Shown: positions 1 through 8,151, counted from the stretch's first letter. The stretch: DNA of 12,900 nucleotides from Bacteroidota bacterium (GCA_041192485.1 JBEEMU010000531.1:1-12900); one strand, 5' to 3'. Numbers and translations: made by a program. The notes: generated by a model from the letters alone, not told the origin.

Positions 1-106
1 AGCTTCATAATATAGTGAGAGTTTGTAAAAAAAGTTTAACGATAACTTAGAAGTTGATTTTTGTGATAAATAATAAAAAGAAGGATTTTATAGAAAGAAA
101 GAAACG

Positions 107-128
107 GTGTGAAGCAAAAACTTCACAC
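107..128. other. Small perfect hairpin with an 8-bp stem and a 6-nt loop (GTGTGAAG-caaaaa-CTTCACAC).
   Basis: The inverted repeat gtgtgaag/cttcacac is seen directly. It lies about 180 bp downstream of the fbp stop on the minus strand, and no clean U-run follows it on either strand. Confidence 0.3.
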
Positions 129-307
129 GATTTCAGCTGATTTAATAGCTTGTTTAGCCGTAAAAGGCAATTAAAAGATGTTTGGTAGTGCTTGTTAGGG
201 TATATCGACTGCAAAGTTAAAGTATATTTCGATATTATACGCTTTTTATCGAATTTTTAATCTAATTTTTTGATAAAAATGACAATTTTATTTTCAAAAA
301 ACAAATT

Positions 308-1300
308 TTAAACATTTTGATAAAGTCGAGCGAACTCTTCTGCCTTTTCCACTAAGTTGGTACTGCCCATAAAAATAGGTGTGCGCTGATGCAATTGATT
401 AGGCTCTACCTCCAATACTCGCCCGATTCCGTCGGACGATTTGCCGCCTGCTTGTTCTACAATAAACGACAAGGGGTTACATTCATACAACAAGCGCAGT
501 TTGCCTTGTGGCGCTCCTTTCAGCCCTGGGTAGAAAAAGATGCCGCCTTTCACGAGGGTGCGATGAATGTCGGCTACCATAGAGCCGATATAGCGCAAAT
601 TCAAATTATTATTCGTACAAAAATCGATGAAAGCGCGAGTATCGGCATTGTATTTTGTATAGTTGCCCTGATTTACCGAATACGTTTTTGTGGTAGGCGG
701 TATTTTCATAAGCGGGTGCGAAAGGAAAAACTCGCCGATAGTGGGGTCTAAGGTAAACCCATTCACCCCGTTGCCTGTTGTGTAAGTCAAAATAGTAGAA
801 CTTCCGTATAGTATATAGCCTGCGGCAACTTGCTCGGTTCCTTTTTGTAAAAAATCTTCTAAGGTGCAGCGTGTGCCTTTGCTTATGCGGCGATAAATGG
901 CGAAAATGGTGCCAACCGAAACGCCCGAATCTATGTTAGAAGAGCCGTCTAGGGGGTCGAATATGACAACATATTTGGGGTCTTTTCCCTCTTGTGGCTT
1001 AAAACTCACAAAATCGTCGTTTTCTTCGGACGCGATGCCGCAACATTCGCCCGAATTTTGTAGGCTGCTAATAAAAAGCTCGTCGCTGATTTGGTCGAGT
1101 TTTTGCACGATGTCGCCCGTTGCATTTGCCTGCGTGGTGCTTCCGAGAATATCGCCGAGCCCTGCTCGATTAATTTCGTAGTTAATGATTTTGGCGGCAA
1201 GACCAATGTCGCGCAATAATCCAGAGAGTTCGCCTGTTGCGAAAGCAAAGTCTTTTTGTGAGTTGGCAATAAATTCGTTGAGAGAAATGGCTCTTTTCAT
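308..1300 (-). CDS. fbp: Class I fructose-1,6-bisphosphatase, type I FBPase.
   Basis: The 344-aa ORF contains the FBPase metal-binding signature DPLDGSSNID plus GIASEE and YVVIFDPLDGSS. It aligns along its whole length to E. coli Fbp ([26 protein letters not shown] versus MKRAISLNEFIANSQKDFAFATGELSGLL). I placed the start at ATG 1298-1300 (MKRAIS). The ORF track extends to a TTG at 1342 that overlaps a 15-bp stem-loop, which is probably an artefact. The ATG at 1334-1336 is an alternative start. Confidence 0.85.
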   Translation of the reverse strand: MKRAISLNEFIANSQKDFAFATGELSGLLRDIGLAAKIINYEINRAGLGDILGSTTQANATGDIVQKLDQISDELFISSLQNSGECCGIASEENDDFVSFKPQEGKDPKYVVIFDPLDGSSNIDSGVSVGTIFAIYRRISKGTRCTLEDFLQKGTEQVAAGYILYGSSTILTYTTGNGVNGFTLDPTIGEFFLSHPLMKIPPTTKTYSVNQGNYTKYNADTRAFIDFCTNNNLNLRYIGSMVADIHRTLVKGGIFFYPGLKGAPQGKLRLLYECNPLSFIVEQAGGKSSDGIGRVLEVEPNQLHQRTPIFMGSTNLVEKAEEFARLYQNV

Positions 1301-1338
1301 GAACGCAAAGTTGTTGGTGTTGGATACGGAAAGCATCT

Positions 1339-1385
1339 CCAATAAGTAGAGCCAATGTCACTCGTTTTTTGGCTCTACTTATTGG
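1339..1385 (-). promoter_or_regulatory. Perfect 15-bp inverted repeat (CCAATAAGTAGAGCC-N17-GGCTCTACTTATTGG) in the fbp leader, just upstream of the start codon.
   Basis: The inverted repeat is seen directly and the arms are exact reverse complements. On the fbp (minus) transcript it forms a 15-bp stem with a 17-nt loop, ending 3 nt before ATG 1334-1336 and 38 nt before ATG 1298-1300. No U-run follows it on the minus strand. Confidence 0.5.
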
Positions 1386-1413
1386 CCCTTCTTTCTTATA
1401 CTTAATTTTGCGT

Positions 1414-1421
1414 CAAAGGTA
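1414..1421 (-). promoter_or_regulatory. Candidate Bacteroidetes -7 promoter element TAccTTTG on the minus strand (fbp promoter P1).
   Basis: The plus strand reads caaaggta, which is TACCTTTG on the minus strand. This matches the Bacteroidetes sigma-A -7 consensus TAnnTTTG, about 115 nt upstream of the fbp start. Confidence 0.45.
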
Positions 1422-1482
1422 GGTGTTTTTTGCGAAAGCAATAATAATAATTTGTAACGTTTGTTTTTATAAGCGTCTGCGG

Positions 1483-1490
1483 CAAAGGTA
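1483..1490 (-). promoter_or_regulatory. Second candidate TAccTTTG -7 element on the minus strand (fbp promoter P2).
   Basis: The plus strand reads gcggcaaaggtacg, which is cgTACCTTTGccgc on the minus strand. The 14-mer is nearly identical to the one at the rnpB promoter (11938-11951). Confidence 0.35.
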
Positions 1491-2111
1491 CGATTAGGCA
1501 AAGCTAAAATAAACTCGCTTATTATTAGTCTAAAATGCCCTATTTAACAAGGTTTAATGTAGCGATTACTTATAGCTACTCCTTACCAGTTCCTTAATGT
1601 AAAATTATCAGCTTCACTATTTGATGCTGCTTATTTTTTGTCAAAAAATCTATAAAGTAAATTTCATTTTGTCAATTAGCGGTAGAGGTGAAATTCAACG
1701 GGTAAACGCGCCCGCTTGCCCCAAGGTCAAAAAGCAAACGAACAGTTCCATCTAAGGAGCTTAAAATACTATCTTTGTGATGACGCAAAGCAATCTGACT
1801 GTACTGTTTGCGCATTGGCGAAACTAAAAAAGCATATTAGATAGAGAAACGAAATGATTTTCATATAAAAGTAAAATGAAGGTTTGTTTATACGACAACT
1901 TTGTACTGCAAAGATAAAGCAGATTGTAAGATAAAACAGATGACAGTTTTTTAGGTTTGTTGAACGCTTTTAATAATTAAAATACTGATAGTCAATGTCT
2001 TAAGTTGCTTTTTGTGTGAAAAATTATCTCAAAGTGTAAACAAAATAAGTTTGAGTTTAAATAAAATAAAACAATTTGTATTAAAAATAAAAATAATTTT
2101 AAAAATTCGCT

Positions 2112-2119
2112 TACCTTTG
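2112..2119 (+). promoter_or_regulatory. Candidate TAccTTTG -7 promoter element for the helicase gene.
   Basis: The sequence tacctttg lies 45 nt upstream of the GTG start at 2164. A-tract-rich, possibly curved DNA precedes it at 2030-2100. Confidence 0.45.
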
Positions 2120-2163
2120 CGGAATAGAAAAGAAAAAATATTCATATTTATACCATTTATATT

Positions 2164-4401
2164 GTGTCAAACTACTTAAACGAACTGAACGGCATACAGC
2201 GACAGGCTGCCGAAACAACCGAAGGCCCTGTACTCATTGTAGCGGGACCTGGTTCGGGCAAAACCCGTGTACTTACCTATCGCATCGCACACCTTTTAGA
2301 TATTGGTGCTGCGCCCTACGAAGTGTTGGCGCTTACGTTTACGAATAAAGCGGCTCGCGAGATGAAAGACCGTATCTCAAAAGTGGTTGGCGCGAAAGCG
2401 CAACAAGTGTGGGCGGGTACGTTTCACTCTATTTTTGCGCGAATTTTACGAGCCGAAGCCGATAAAATTGGCTACCCCCGCGATTTCACCATTTATGATG
2501 GCGACGATACAAAAAGTTTAATTACCAATATTATAAACGAACAAAATTTGGATATAAAAATTTATAATCCAAACGAAATTAGGCAACGTATTTCATCGGC
2601 AAAGTCGAACCTTATTTCGCCCGAAGAGTATTTGAAAGACCCCGAACTGGTGGAGCAAGACCAAAAAAGTAAGCGGCCGTTTTTAGGTAAAATTTACCAA
2701 TTATACCTCAATCGCTGCAAAAAAGCAGGCGCAATGGATTTCGACGACTTGTTGTATCAGTTTTATCACTTGCTGAACTCGAACCAAGATGTTGTGAATC
2801 ATTATCGCCGCAAATTCAAGTATTTGATGGTCGACGAGTTTCAAGATACCAATTATTTGCAATACGCTATTGTCCGCAAATTAGTGGTTTATCCTGGAAG
2901 CAAGCGCAATATTTGCGTGGTTGGCGATGATGCGCAAAGTATTTATGCGTTTCGCGGCGCAACGATTCAAAATATTTTGGATTTTAACCACGACTTTAAA
3001 GACGCTGTTACCCTAAAATTAGAGCAAAATTACCGCTCGACAAATCATATCGTCACGGCGGCGAATGCGGTGATAAAACACAATAGCAAGCAAATACAAA
3101 AAGAAATTTGGACAGATAAAACGGACGGCGAACCTATCCGAATTTTGAAAACAGTAAGCGACGGCGAAGAGGCAAAACGGGTGGCCGACAGCATCATGGA
3201 GCAGAAAAACCGCTACCATTTGAAAAATAGCGAAATTGCAATTTTATACCGCACGAATGCACAGTCGCGAAATTTTGAAGAAGCTTTGCGCCGTTTTAAC
3301 GTACCTTATCGCGTTTTTGGCGGGCAATCTTTTTATCAACGCAAAGAGGTAAAAGACGTTTTGGGCTATTTGCGCGTTATTTGTAACCCCGCCGACGAGG
3401 AGGCTTTGCGCCGAATTATCAACTATCCTGCGCGTAAAATCGGGAAAACAACCGTGGATAAAGTCGCACAATTAGCCAACGAGCAAAACCTAACGATATG
3501 GGATATTATTACAAAAGCCCCAAATTACCCGACTTTGGGCGCAGCCGCGAACCCGCTAAAAGGATTTGCTATGTTGATGGAAGCCTTCCGCAAACGCCTG
3601 AAAACGGATAGTGCCTACGACCTTGCGATGTTAGTGGTGAAACAAGTCGGTATTTTAAACGAACTGAAAACCGATTTGACTCCCGAAGGCATCGGGCGTT
3701 TAGACAATGTGCAGGCTTTGCTCGACGGTATTCACGAGTTTGTTGAAAACGATGAGCTGATAGACGACGCAATTATCGGCGACAAATCGCTCGCTACTTA
3801 CTTGCAAAGCATTGCGCTTGTTAGCGATTTGGACAATAATTCCGACGATTTGGAGCGCATTACGCTCATGTCGGTACACTCGGCAAAGGGTTTGGAGTTT
3901 AAATCGGTTTTTGTTGTGGGATTGGAGGAGAATTTATTTCCGTCGTTTATGGCGAAAACACCCGTCGAATTAGACGAAGAGCGCCGCTTATTTTATGTTG
4001 CTATCACCCGCGCCGAGCAGTTTCTTACACTCACCTTTGCGGCAACGCGCTATAAATTTGGGCAACACCGCACCGACCCGCCAAGTCGTTTTTTAAGCGA
4101 GATTGGCCAAACTATTTCAATGGCAAGCAAAACCGTCGAGCCGCAGCGTTCAAGCGTGTCGGGGCTGGGTATCCGCACGGGTGCGCCGTTGCCGAATGTG
4201 GAAGTGCCTGAAAATTTCAAGCCTTCGCCTATTGCACTAATAAAAACAGGCGCAATCGTTTTTCATCAGCGTTTCGGTAAAGGCGAAGTGAAAAGCACCG
4301 ACGGAAAAGGCGATGGCTTGATAGCGGTCATTTATTTTTCGGCCGTCAAGGAAGAAAAGAAAATCATGCTGAAATTCGCAAAATTAATGATATTGAATTA
4401 A
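2164..4401 (+). CDS. uvrD: ATP-dependent DNA helicase of the UvrD/PcrA (SF1A) family.
   Basis: The 745-aa ORF has Walker A (AGPGSGKTRVL), motif II DEXQ (MVDEFQDTN), motif III (VGDDAQSIYAFRGA), an arginine-containing motif IV (QNYRSTNHI), and motif VI (VAITRA). It also has a C-terminal Tudor-like tail (IVFHQRFGKGEV) typical of UvrD/PcrA. The start is GTG, with no in-frame ATG upstream. Confidence 0.9.
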   Translation: MSNYLNELNGIQRQAAETTEGPVLIVAGPGSGKTRVLTYRIAHLLDIGAAPYEVLALTFTNKAAREMKDRISKVVGAKAQQVWAGTFHSIFARILRAEADKIGYPRDFTIYDGDDTKSLITNIINEQNLDIKIYNPNEIRQRISSAKSNLISPEEYLKDPELVEQDQKSKRPFLGKIYQLYLNRCKKAGAMDFDDLLYQFYHLLNSNQDVVNHYRRKFKYLMVDEFQDTNYLQYAIVRKLVVYPGSKRNICVVGDDAQSIYAFRGATIQNILDFNHDFKDAVTLKLEQNYRSTNHIVTAANAVIKHNSKQIQKEIWTDKTDGEPIRILKTVSDGEEAKRVADSIMEQKNRYHLKNSEIAILYRTNAQSRNFEEALRRFNVPYRVFGGQSFYQRKEVKDVLGYLRVICNPADEEALRRIINYPARKIGKTTVDKVAQLANEQNLTIWDIITKAPNYPTLGAAANPLKGFAMLMEAFRKRLKTDSAYDLAMLVVKQVGILNELKTDLTPEGIGRLDNVQALLDGIHEFVENDELIDDAIIGDKSLATYLQSIALVSDLDNNSDDLERITLMSVHSAKGLEFKSVFVVGLEENLFPSFMAKTPVELDEERRLFYVAITRAEQFLTLTFAATRYKFGQHRTDPPSRFLSEIGQTISMASKTVEPQRSSVSGLGIRTGAPLPNVEVPENFKPSPIALIKTGAIVFHQRFGKGEVKSTDGKGDGLIAVIYFSAVKEEKKIMLKFAKLMILN

Positions 4402-6824
4402 AACGTTCTTACATAGCGCAAATTAAACATTCGCTGCGGGTTCATTTTCGCAGGGCGCAGGGCGTACTCGGTATTCATGATATTATTGACTACGAAAGTC
4501 AGTTTGTTTTTCGGGTTGATGGTGTAACTTGTTCGCATATCAAAAATCCAATTGCCGTTTTCGCTGGCTGCCATAAATTCGCGCAAACCTGGTACCGCAG
4601 GGCCATTATTGATAAACTCTACAAAACGCACAAGGTCGCCGCGTCCGATAAATAAGTCATCGACTCGCTGAATTGCACTATTATAAGTGACATTCGCGCC
4701 CAGGCTGATATTTTTTTCTACATCAATTTCTGCATCAAAACGGAAGGTGTGGAGGTTGTGGTAGCGCAATAAATTATCCTTTTGCGCACTATCCAACTTG
4801 GTTGTAAAGGCATACAAGGCTTTGTCTATAAAAACGCCAAAATCTTTTTGCTCTGGCGACGAGGATAAATCGCCTGGATACGAGTAGGTGTAGCCCGTCC
4901 AGACCTTGCAAGGCAATCCGCGTATTTTGCCTTCTGCTTGCGAGCTAACTTCGAAGCCGCCGATACGCGCAGAGGCGACATTTTTAGATTTGAAACCCAA
5001 ATAACGGCGCAAAATTTCTTCGGTTAGCTCTTGATTATTGCCCCAATTGTCGGGCAAATGCAGCCCAAAAGTAAACTCAATCATATCGTTATAATCCATC
5101 AAAAAGAGGGCGGCATCGGCATAACCGCGCCATGCACCGCGTTTAAATAGGTGTTTGTAGCCCAATTCGCTCGACGAACCAAATTCGGGACGCACCAATG
5201 GGTTTGGCAAAACGTTGAGCGGCGTACCGCTAATGGTTTCGTCGATAAACCGTTCGGCAAGGCTCGGCAAGCGAAAGCCTTGCCCCCACGAAGCGCGTAG
5301 AAAACCGTTTTTACCCAAAGGATAATTGGCACCAGCCCTAAAAATAGGCAGTATATTGGTGGAAGTGCCGTCTATTTTATACTGTTCCAAACGTGCGCCA
5401 AGTGTTGTGTTTAATTTTTTAAACCATTTTTTATCTACTTGCGCATAAGCGGCCAAATTGCTGCCCGATTTATAGCCGTTTGTGGGGTCTAAGGTGTCGA
5501 CGGCAGTAAATAAGTGGCTAAAAACAGAAAATTGTTGAAACATTAGCCCCGAATTAAGCGAAATACCTTTGTCTGCCCATTGTTTTTGGTATTGATATTC
5601 GACATTCGAAATACTGGCAGGCAGGTCTAAATTGCCGCCGCCACGTTGCGATTTTACTAAAAAATACCGTCCGCGCAGGGCGTGTTTTTCGGTTTCATTC
5701 GGTCGGTAAGTTATAGAAGGGTCGAGGCTTAAAGTATGATAAACGTCTAAGGACACGGGGTCGTTGGCAGGCACATAGTTTTGCGTATAGCCGTCGCGCC
5801 AAAGAAAAAAATGCCCTTCGCCATGCCGCATAAAACTCGTGTTTAGCGCGAGCGTCCATTTGTTATTTTTTGGCAAACGGTAGCGAAAGTTGGCGTTCAA
5901 ACGGTAGCGTTGTTCGTCCACACCTCTTATATAGCCTTGCGAATAATGCACGTTCATACCTAAGGTCATATCCAAGTTTTCGCCGAATTTTTGGCGATGC
6001 GCTGCATAAATTCCCGACTGAAAGGGGTGTTGCGTCCGCTCATCTGTCCACCAGCGGCGGCCATTAGCGGGGGCATCATAGCTGCCGATATAGGTTGTGA
6101 TATTCGTGTAGGGCGTGGAGGTAGCCTGTGCGGTGCGCAAATGTATCACGCCATTGAGTGCCGAAGCACCGTAAAGCACCGATGCTGCGCTTTTTACAAT
6201 TTCTATTTGGTCGGCATTTTCGATGGGCATAAAATTCCATTTAGCATCGCTAAGGTCGGCGGCGAGCAGCGGCTGCTCGTCCACCATCACTAATACGCGG
6301 CTGCCCGCGCCATAAGCATAGCCGCTCCCATTGCGGATATTTGCCTGCCCATCGAGAACCTGCACTCCGGGTACGCGGTCTATCGCTTCCGAAAGGTTTG
6401 TGGCGTTATTATTATTTAAAAAAGACGTTTTCAACACCTCGATAGACACGCTTTCTTCGGTTATTTTTCGTTCAAAACGACTCCCCGAAATGACCGTAGG
6501 CGATAAATTTTGGTTTTCTGCCTGTAAATAAATATCATTTTTGCCCTGTTTCAGGGTATTTAGGGGCAAAATAAGCGTTTTATAACCCGTATAGGTTACC
6601 GTAATTTCTTTGTCGGAAGACGAAAAAACAATGGAATACGAACCGCCCAAATCGGTCGTTACGGCGTTTTGAGGATTTACTTGAATCGTTGCAGCAAATA
6701 ACAACTCCTTTGTTTCGGCATCGCGAACAATGCCAAATAGGTTGCTTTGAGCCGAAATAAGGCTTTGAGAACAAATAAAACAAGCAAAAAATAGAAAAAA
6801 GGAGAGCAGAATTGTTCTAATCAT
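4398..6824 (-). CDS. TonB-dependent outer-membrane receptor with a signal peptide, a CarboxypepD_reg-like domain, a plug, and a 22-strand barrel.
   Basis: The 808-aa ORF starts with a signal peptide (MIRTILLSFFLFFACFICSQSLISAQS). A carboxypeptidase-regulatory-like beta-sandwich follows (FGIVRDAETKELLFAATIQV), then a plug region with DRVPGVQV and IEIVKSAASVLYGASALNGVIHL. The barrel is Tyr/Gly/Asn-rich and the protein ends in a C-terminal Phe (NLRYVRTF). Its stop codon overlaps the uvrD stop by 4 bp in a convergent arrangement. Confidence 0.88.
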   Translation of the reverse strand: MIRTILLSFFLFFACFICSQSLISAQSNLFGIVRDAETKELLFAATIQVNPQNAVTTDLGGSYSIVFSSSDKEITVTYTGYKTLILPLNTLKQGKNDIYLQAENQNLSPTVISGSRFERKITEESVSIEVLKTSFLNNNNATNLSEAIDRVPGVQVLDGQANIRNGSGYAYGAGSRVLVMVDEQPLLAADLSDAKWNFMPIENADQIEIVKSAASVLYGASALNGVIHLRTAQATSTPYTNITTYIGSYDAPANGRRWWTDERTQHPFQSGIYAAHRQKFGENLDMTLGMNVHYSQGYIRGVDEQRYRLNANFRYRLPKNNKWTLALNTSFMRHGEGHFFLWRDGYTQNYVPANDPVSLDVYHTLSLDPSITYRPNETEKHALRGRYFLVKSQRGGGNLDLPASISNVEYQYQKQWADKGISLNSGLMFQQFSVFSHLFTAVDTLDPTNGYKSGSNLAAYAQVDKKWFKKLNTTLGARLEQYKIDGTSTNILPIFRAGANYPLGKNGFLRASWGQGFRLPSLAERFIDETISGTPLNVLPNPLVRPEFGSSSELGYKHLFKRGAWRGYADAALFLMDYNDMIEFTFGLHLPDNWGNNQELTEEILRRYLGFKSKNVASARIGGFEVSSQAEGKIRGLPCKVWTGYTYSYPGDLSSSPEQKDFGVFIDKALYAFTTKLDSAQKDNLLRYHNLHTFRFDAEIDVEKNISLGANVTYNSAIQRVDDLFIGRGDLVRFVEFINNGPAVPGLREFMAASENGNWIFDMRTSYTINPKNKLTFVVNNIMNTEYALRPAKMNPQRMFNLRYVRTF

Positions 6825-6838
6825 ATTGAAAATAGTGT

Positions 6839-6899
6839 AAAAAAAACAATGAATAGTTGGTTGTTAAGGCAAATGTACGCCTTATTTCCTATTCATTGT
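6839..6899 (-). terminator. Intrinsic terminator of the cyclase/rnpA transcript: an 11-bp perfect stem (ACAATGAATAG/CTATTCATTGT), a 32-nt loop with an inner 5-bp stem, and a U8 run on the minus strand.
   Basis: The inverted repeat sits at 6846-6856 and 6889-6899. On the minus strand it is followed by TTTTTTTT (the plus-strand A-run at 6839-6846). It lies 8 nt after the cyclase stop and the U-run ends 14 nt before the TonB receptor ATG. Confidence 0.7.
6870..6877 (-). promoter_or_regulatory. Candidate TAcaTTTG -7 promoter element inside the terminator loop, which would drive the TonB receptor gene.
   Basis: The plus strand reads caaatgta, which is TACATTTG on the minus strand, about 45 nt upstream of the receptor ATG. 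This is the only TAnnTTTG match between the cyclase stop and the receptor start. Confidence 0.35.
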
Positions 6900-6906
6900 A
6901 TCGTTT

Positions 6907-7662
6907 TTACAGGCTATTTTTAAAATAAAACAAAACAGGTTTACTCGGCGCAGCGTCCAGCGTGAAAGAGGGGATTTGCAGGTTTAGAAAATACAGTCCG
7001 TCTTTCAGCTCATTTTTCACATAAATCATTTCGGTTATCGTGGCATTGTAGCGCGTATTATGTGGGTATTGCCAAAAAATGTGGTGCGCTGCAACTGCGC
7101 CGCCATCGTCTTCTTTGTCCACCGACGGCAAATCTAAAAGCAAATGTTCTACCCCACAATCCACGATATACTGCATCGCATCTGTGGTAAGATAGGGCGC
7201 ATTGCTCCCCGAATAATTGGTCGTTTTTTTGTAATCATCATTCGGCATCGTCCGCAAAATAAAGGCTTTCACCTCGTTTTCGCACAGCACTTCAGCGAGC
7301 ATTTCGCGAGTAATAATGCGGTCGTTATCCGCTAATCGCTGTGGGTAAAGCGTCGCCAATTTTGCTACAAAATGATATTCGCGCAAAGCCGTATTTATAC
7401 TAAACACTTCGGGCGCAATATGCCCTACACATTCCGTATGCGTTCCGTTTCCATGCGGATTGAGCCGCACATTCATAAAATTGACAGGGCAACCGTCCGC
7501 CACCCGACCAATCCAACCGTCGCCGCGTACAGGTTCGTACTCGAAGGCGGGCGCATTAAAACAGTTTGGCCCCGTACCATTTCCCAATGGAATTGAAATA
7601 TCTTGCGGTTGCGACAAGTCTATTTCATGAAATTTATGTTGATGCGAAATCGTTATTTTCAT
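6907..7662 (-). CDS. Cyclase-family protein (PF04199-like, kynurenine formamidase or arylformamidase-like metal hydrolase).
   Basis: The 251-aa ORF has an N-terminal IDLSQPQDISIPL box matching the cyclase-family IDLSHPI box. Its PHGNGTHTECVGH resembles the family motif HxGTHxDAPxH, here with Glu in place of Asp. The start is ATG 7660-7662. Confidence 0.7.
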   Translation of the reverse strand: MKITISHQHKFHEIDLSQPQDISIPLGNGTGPNCFNAPAFEYEPVRGDGWIGRVADGCPVNFMNVRLNPHGNGTHTECVGHIAPEVFSINTALREYHFVAKLATLYPQRLADNDRIITREMLAEVLCENEVKAFILRTMPNDDYKKTTNYSGSNAPYLTTDAMQYIVDCGVEHLLLDLPSVDKEDDGGAVAAHHIFWQYPHNTRYNATITEMIYVKNELKDGLYFLNLQIPSFTLDAAPSKPVLFYFKNSL

Positions 7663-7688
7663 TATTTTTCTTTGACGCTGATAAATGT

Positions 7689-8123
7689 CTAAGTTCCAAT
7701 TTCCCTTATCATTTTAGTAAACATTTTTTTTATCTTATGATTGATAGTATCAAAATCGGTGGCTTCTTTTCCTGTGAAAATAATCATGAGAGCTATTTTC
7801 TTTTTATTTTCTTGTAAAAAGGGGAGCCATTCGTGTTTATTTAAACGGTAAGCCTCTCGAATCAAGCGTTTGTATCTGTTGCGGTCGTGCGCCCGTTTGA
7901 ACGTCTTTTTCGGAGCCGTGACCGCAACTTGGCAATGAATAGTTGGATTTTGCGTATCGTAGAAAAAATCAACTTCCTGCCAAACTGCTCGCAAAGGATA
8001 CGCGCCTATCGACGACGCTTTCCCCTTGAAAAGCACACTAATAATGCGCTCACTTTTCAAGTGTTCGGCTTTCGGAAAAGAGAAATCAGGCTTTTCGAGA
8101 GTTATTATGTCGTTTTTTTGCAT
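7689..8123 (-). CDS. rnpA: Ribonuclease P protein component.
   Basis: The 144-aa basic protein carries the RnpA RNR motif (KRAHDRNRYKRLIREAYR). It also has the N-terminal F..KAEHLKSERIISVLFKKG pattern conserved in RnpA. It lies 26 bp upstream of the cyclase gene on the same strand. Confidence 0.85.
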   Translation of the reverse strand: MQKNDIITLEKPDFSFPKAEHLKSERIISVLFKGKASSIGAYPLRAVWQEVDFFYDTQNPTIHCQVAVTAPKKTFKRAHDRNRYKRLIREAYRLNKHEWLPFLQENKKKIALMIIFTGKEATDFDTINHKIKKMFTKMIREIGT

Positions 8124-8143
8124 TATTTTCCTATAAAGAATGG

Positions 8144-8151
8144 CAAAGATA
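8144..8151 (-). promoter_or_regulatory. Candidate TAtcTTTG -7 promoter element for rnpA.
   Basis: The plus strand reads caaagata, which is TATCTTTG on the minus strand, ending 20 nt upstream of the rnpA ATG (8123). There is no rpmH-like ORF upstream. Confidence 0.45.

Noticed and set aside
389-1269. Plus-strand and nested ORFs inside fbp (389-751, 897-1181, 1006-1269). The same applies to the small ORFs listed in the track inside uvrD, the TonB receptor, the cyclase gene, the flotillin gene, and the deacetylase gene, and to the ones over rnpB (11547-12087).
   Set aside because: They are all embedded in or antisense to well-supported genes, or to the rnpB RNA. They have no domain signatures and are typical six-frame noise.
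1301-1342. An N-terminal extension of fbp to the TTG at 1342 (MEMLSVSNTNNFAF...).
   Set aside because: The TTG lies inside the 15-bp stem of the leader hairpin, and homologous FBPases start at the MK(T/R)L position. The ATG at 1298-1300 is the better start.
1780-1827. A 15-codon mini-ORF (MTQSNLTVLFAHWRN) downstream of an AAGGAG at 1754-1759.
   Set aside because: The SD-like hexamer is about 20 nt from the ATG. Bacteroidetes generally do not use a Shine-Dalgarno sequence, and the peptide has no features. It is probably chance.
1343-2163. The possibility that the AT-rich 820-bp region is a replication origin or contains a tRNA.
   Set aside because: No DnaA boxes (TTATCCACA or TGTGGATAA) were found. 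No GTTCNANTC T-loop or cloverleaf-compatible segment was found either.
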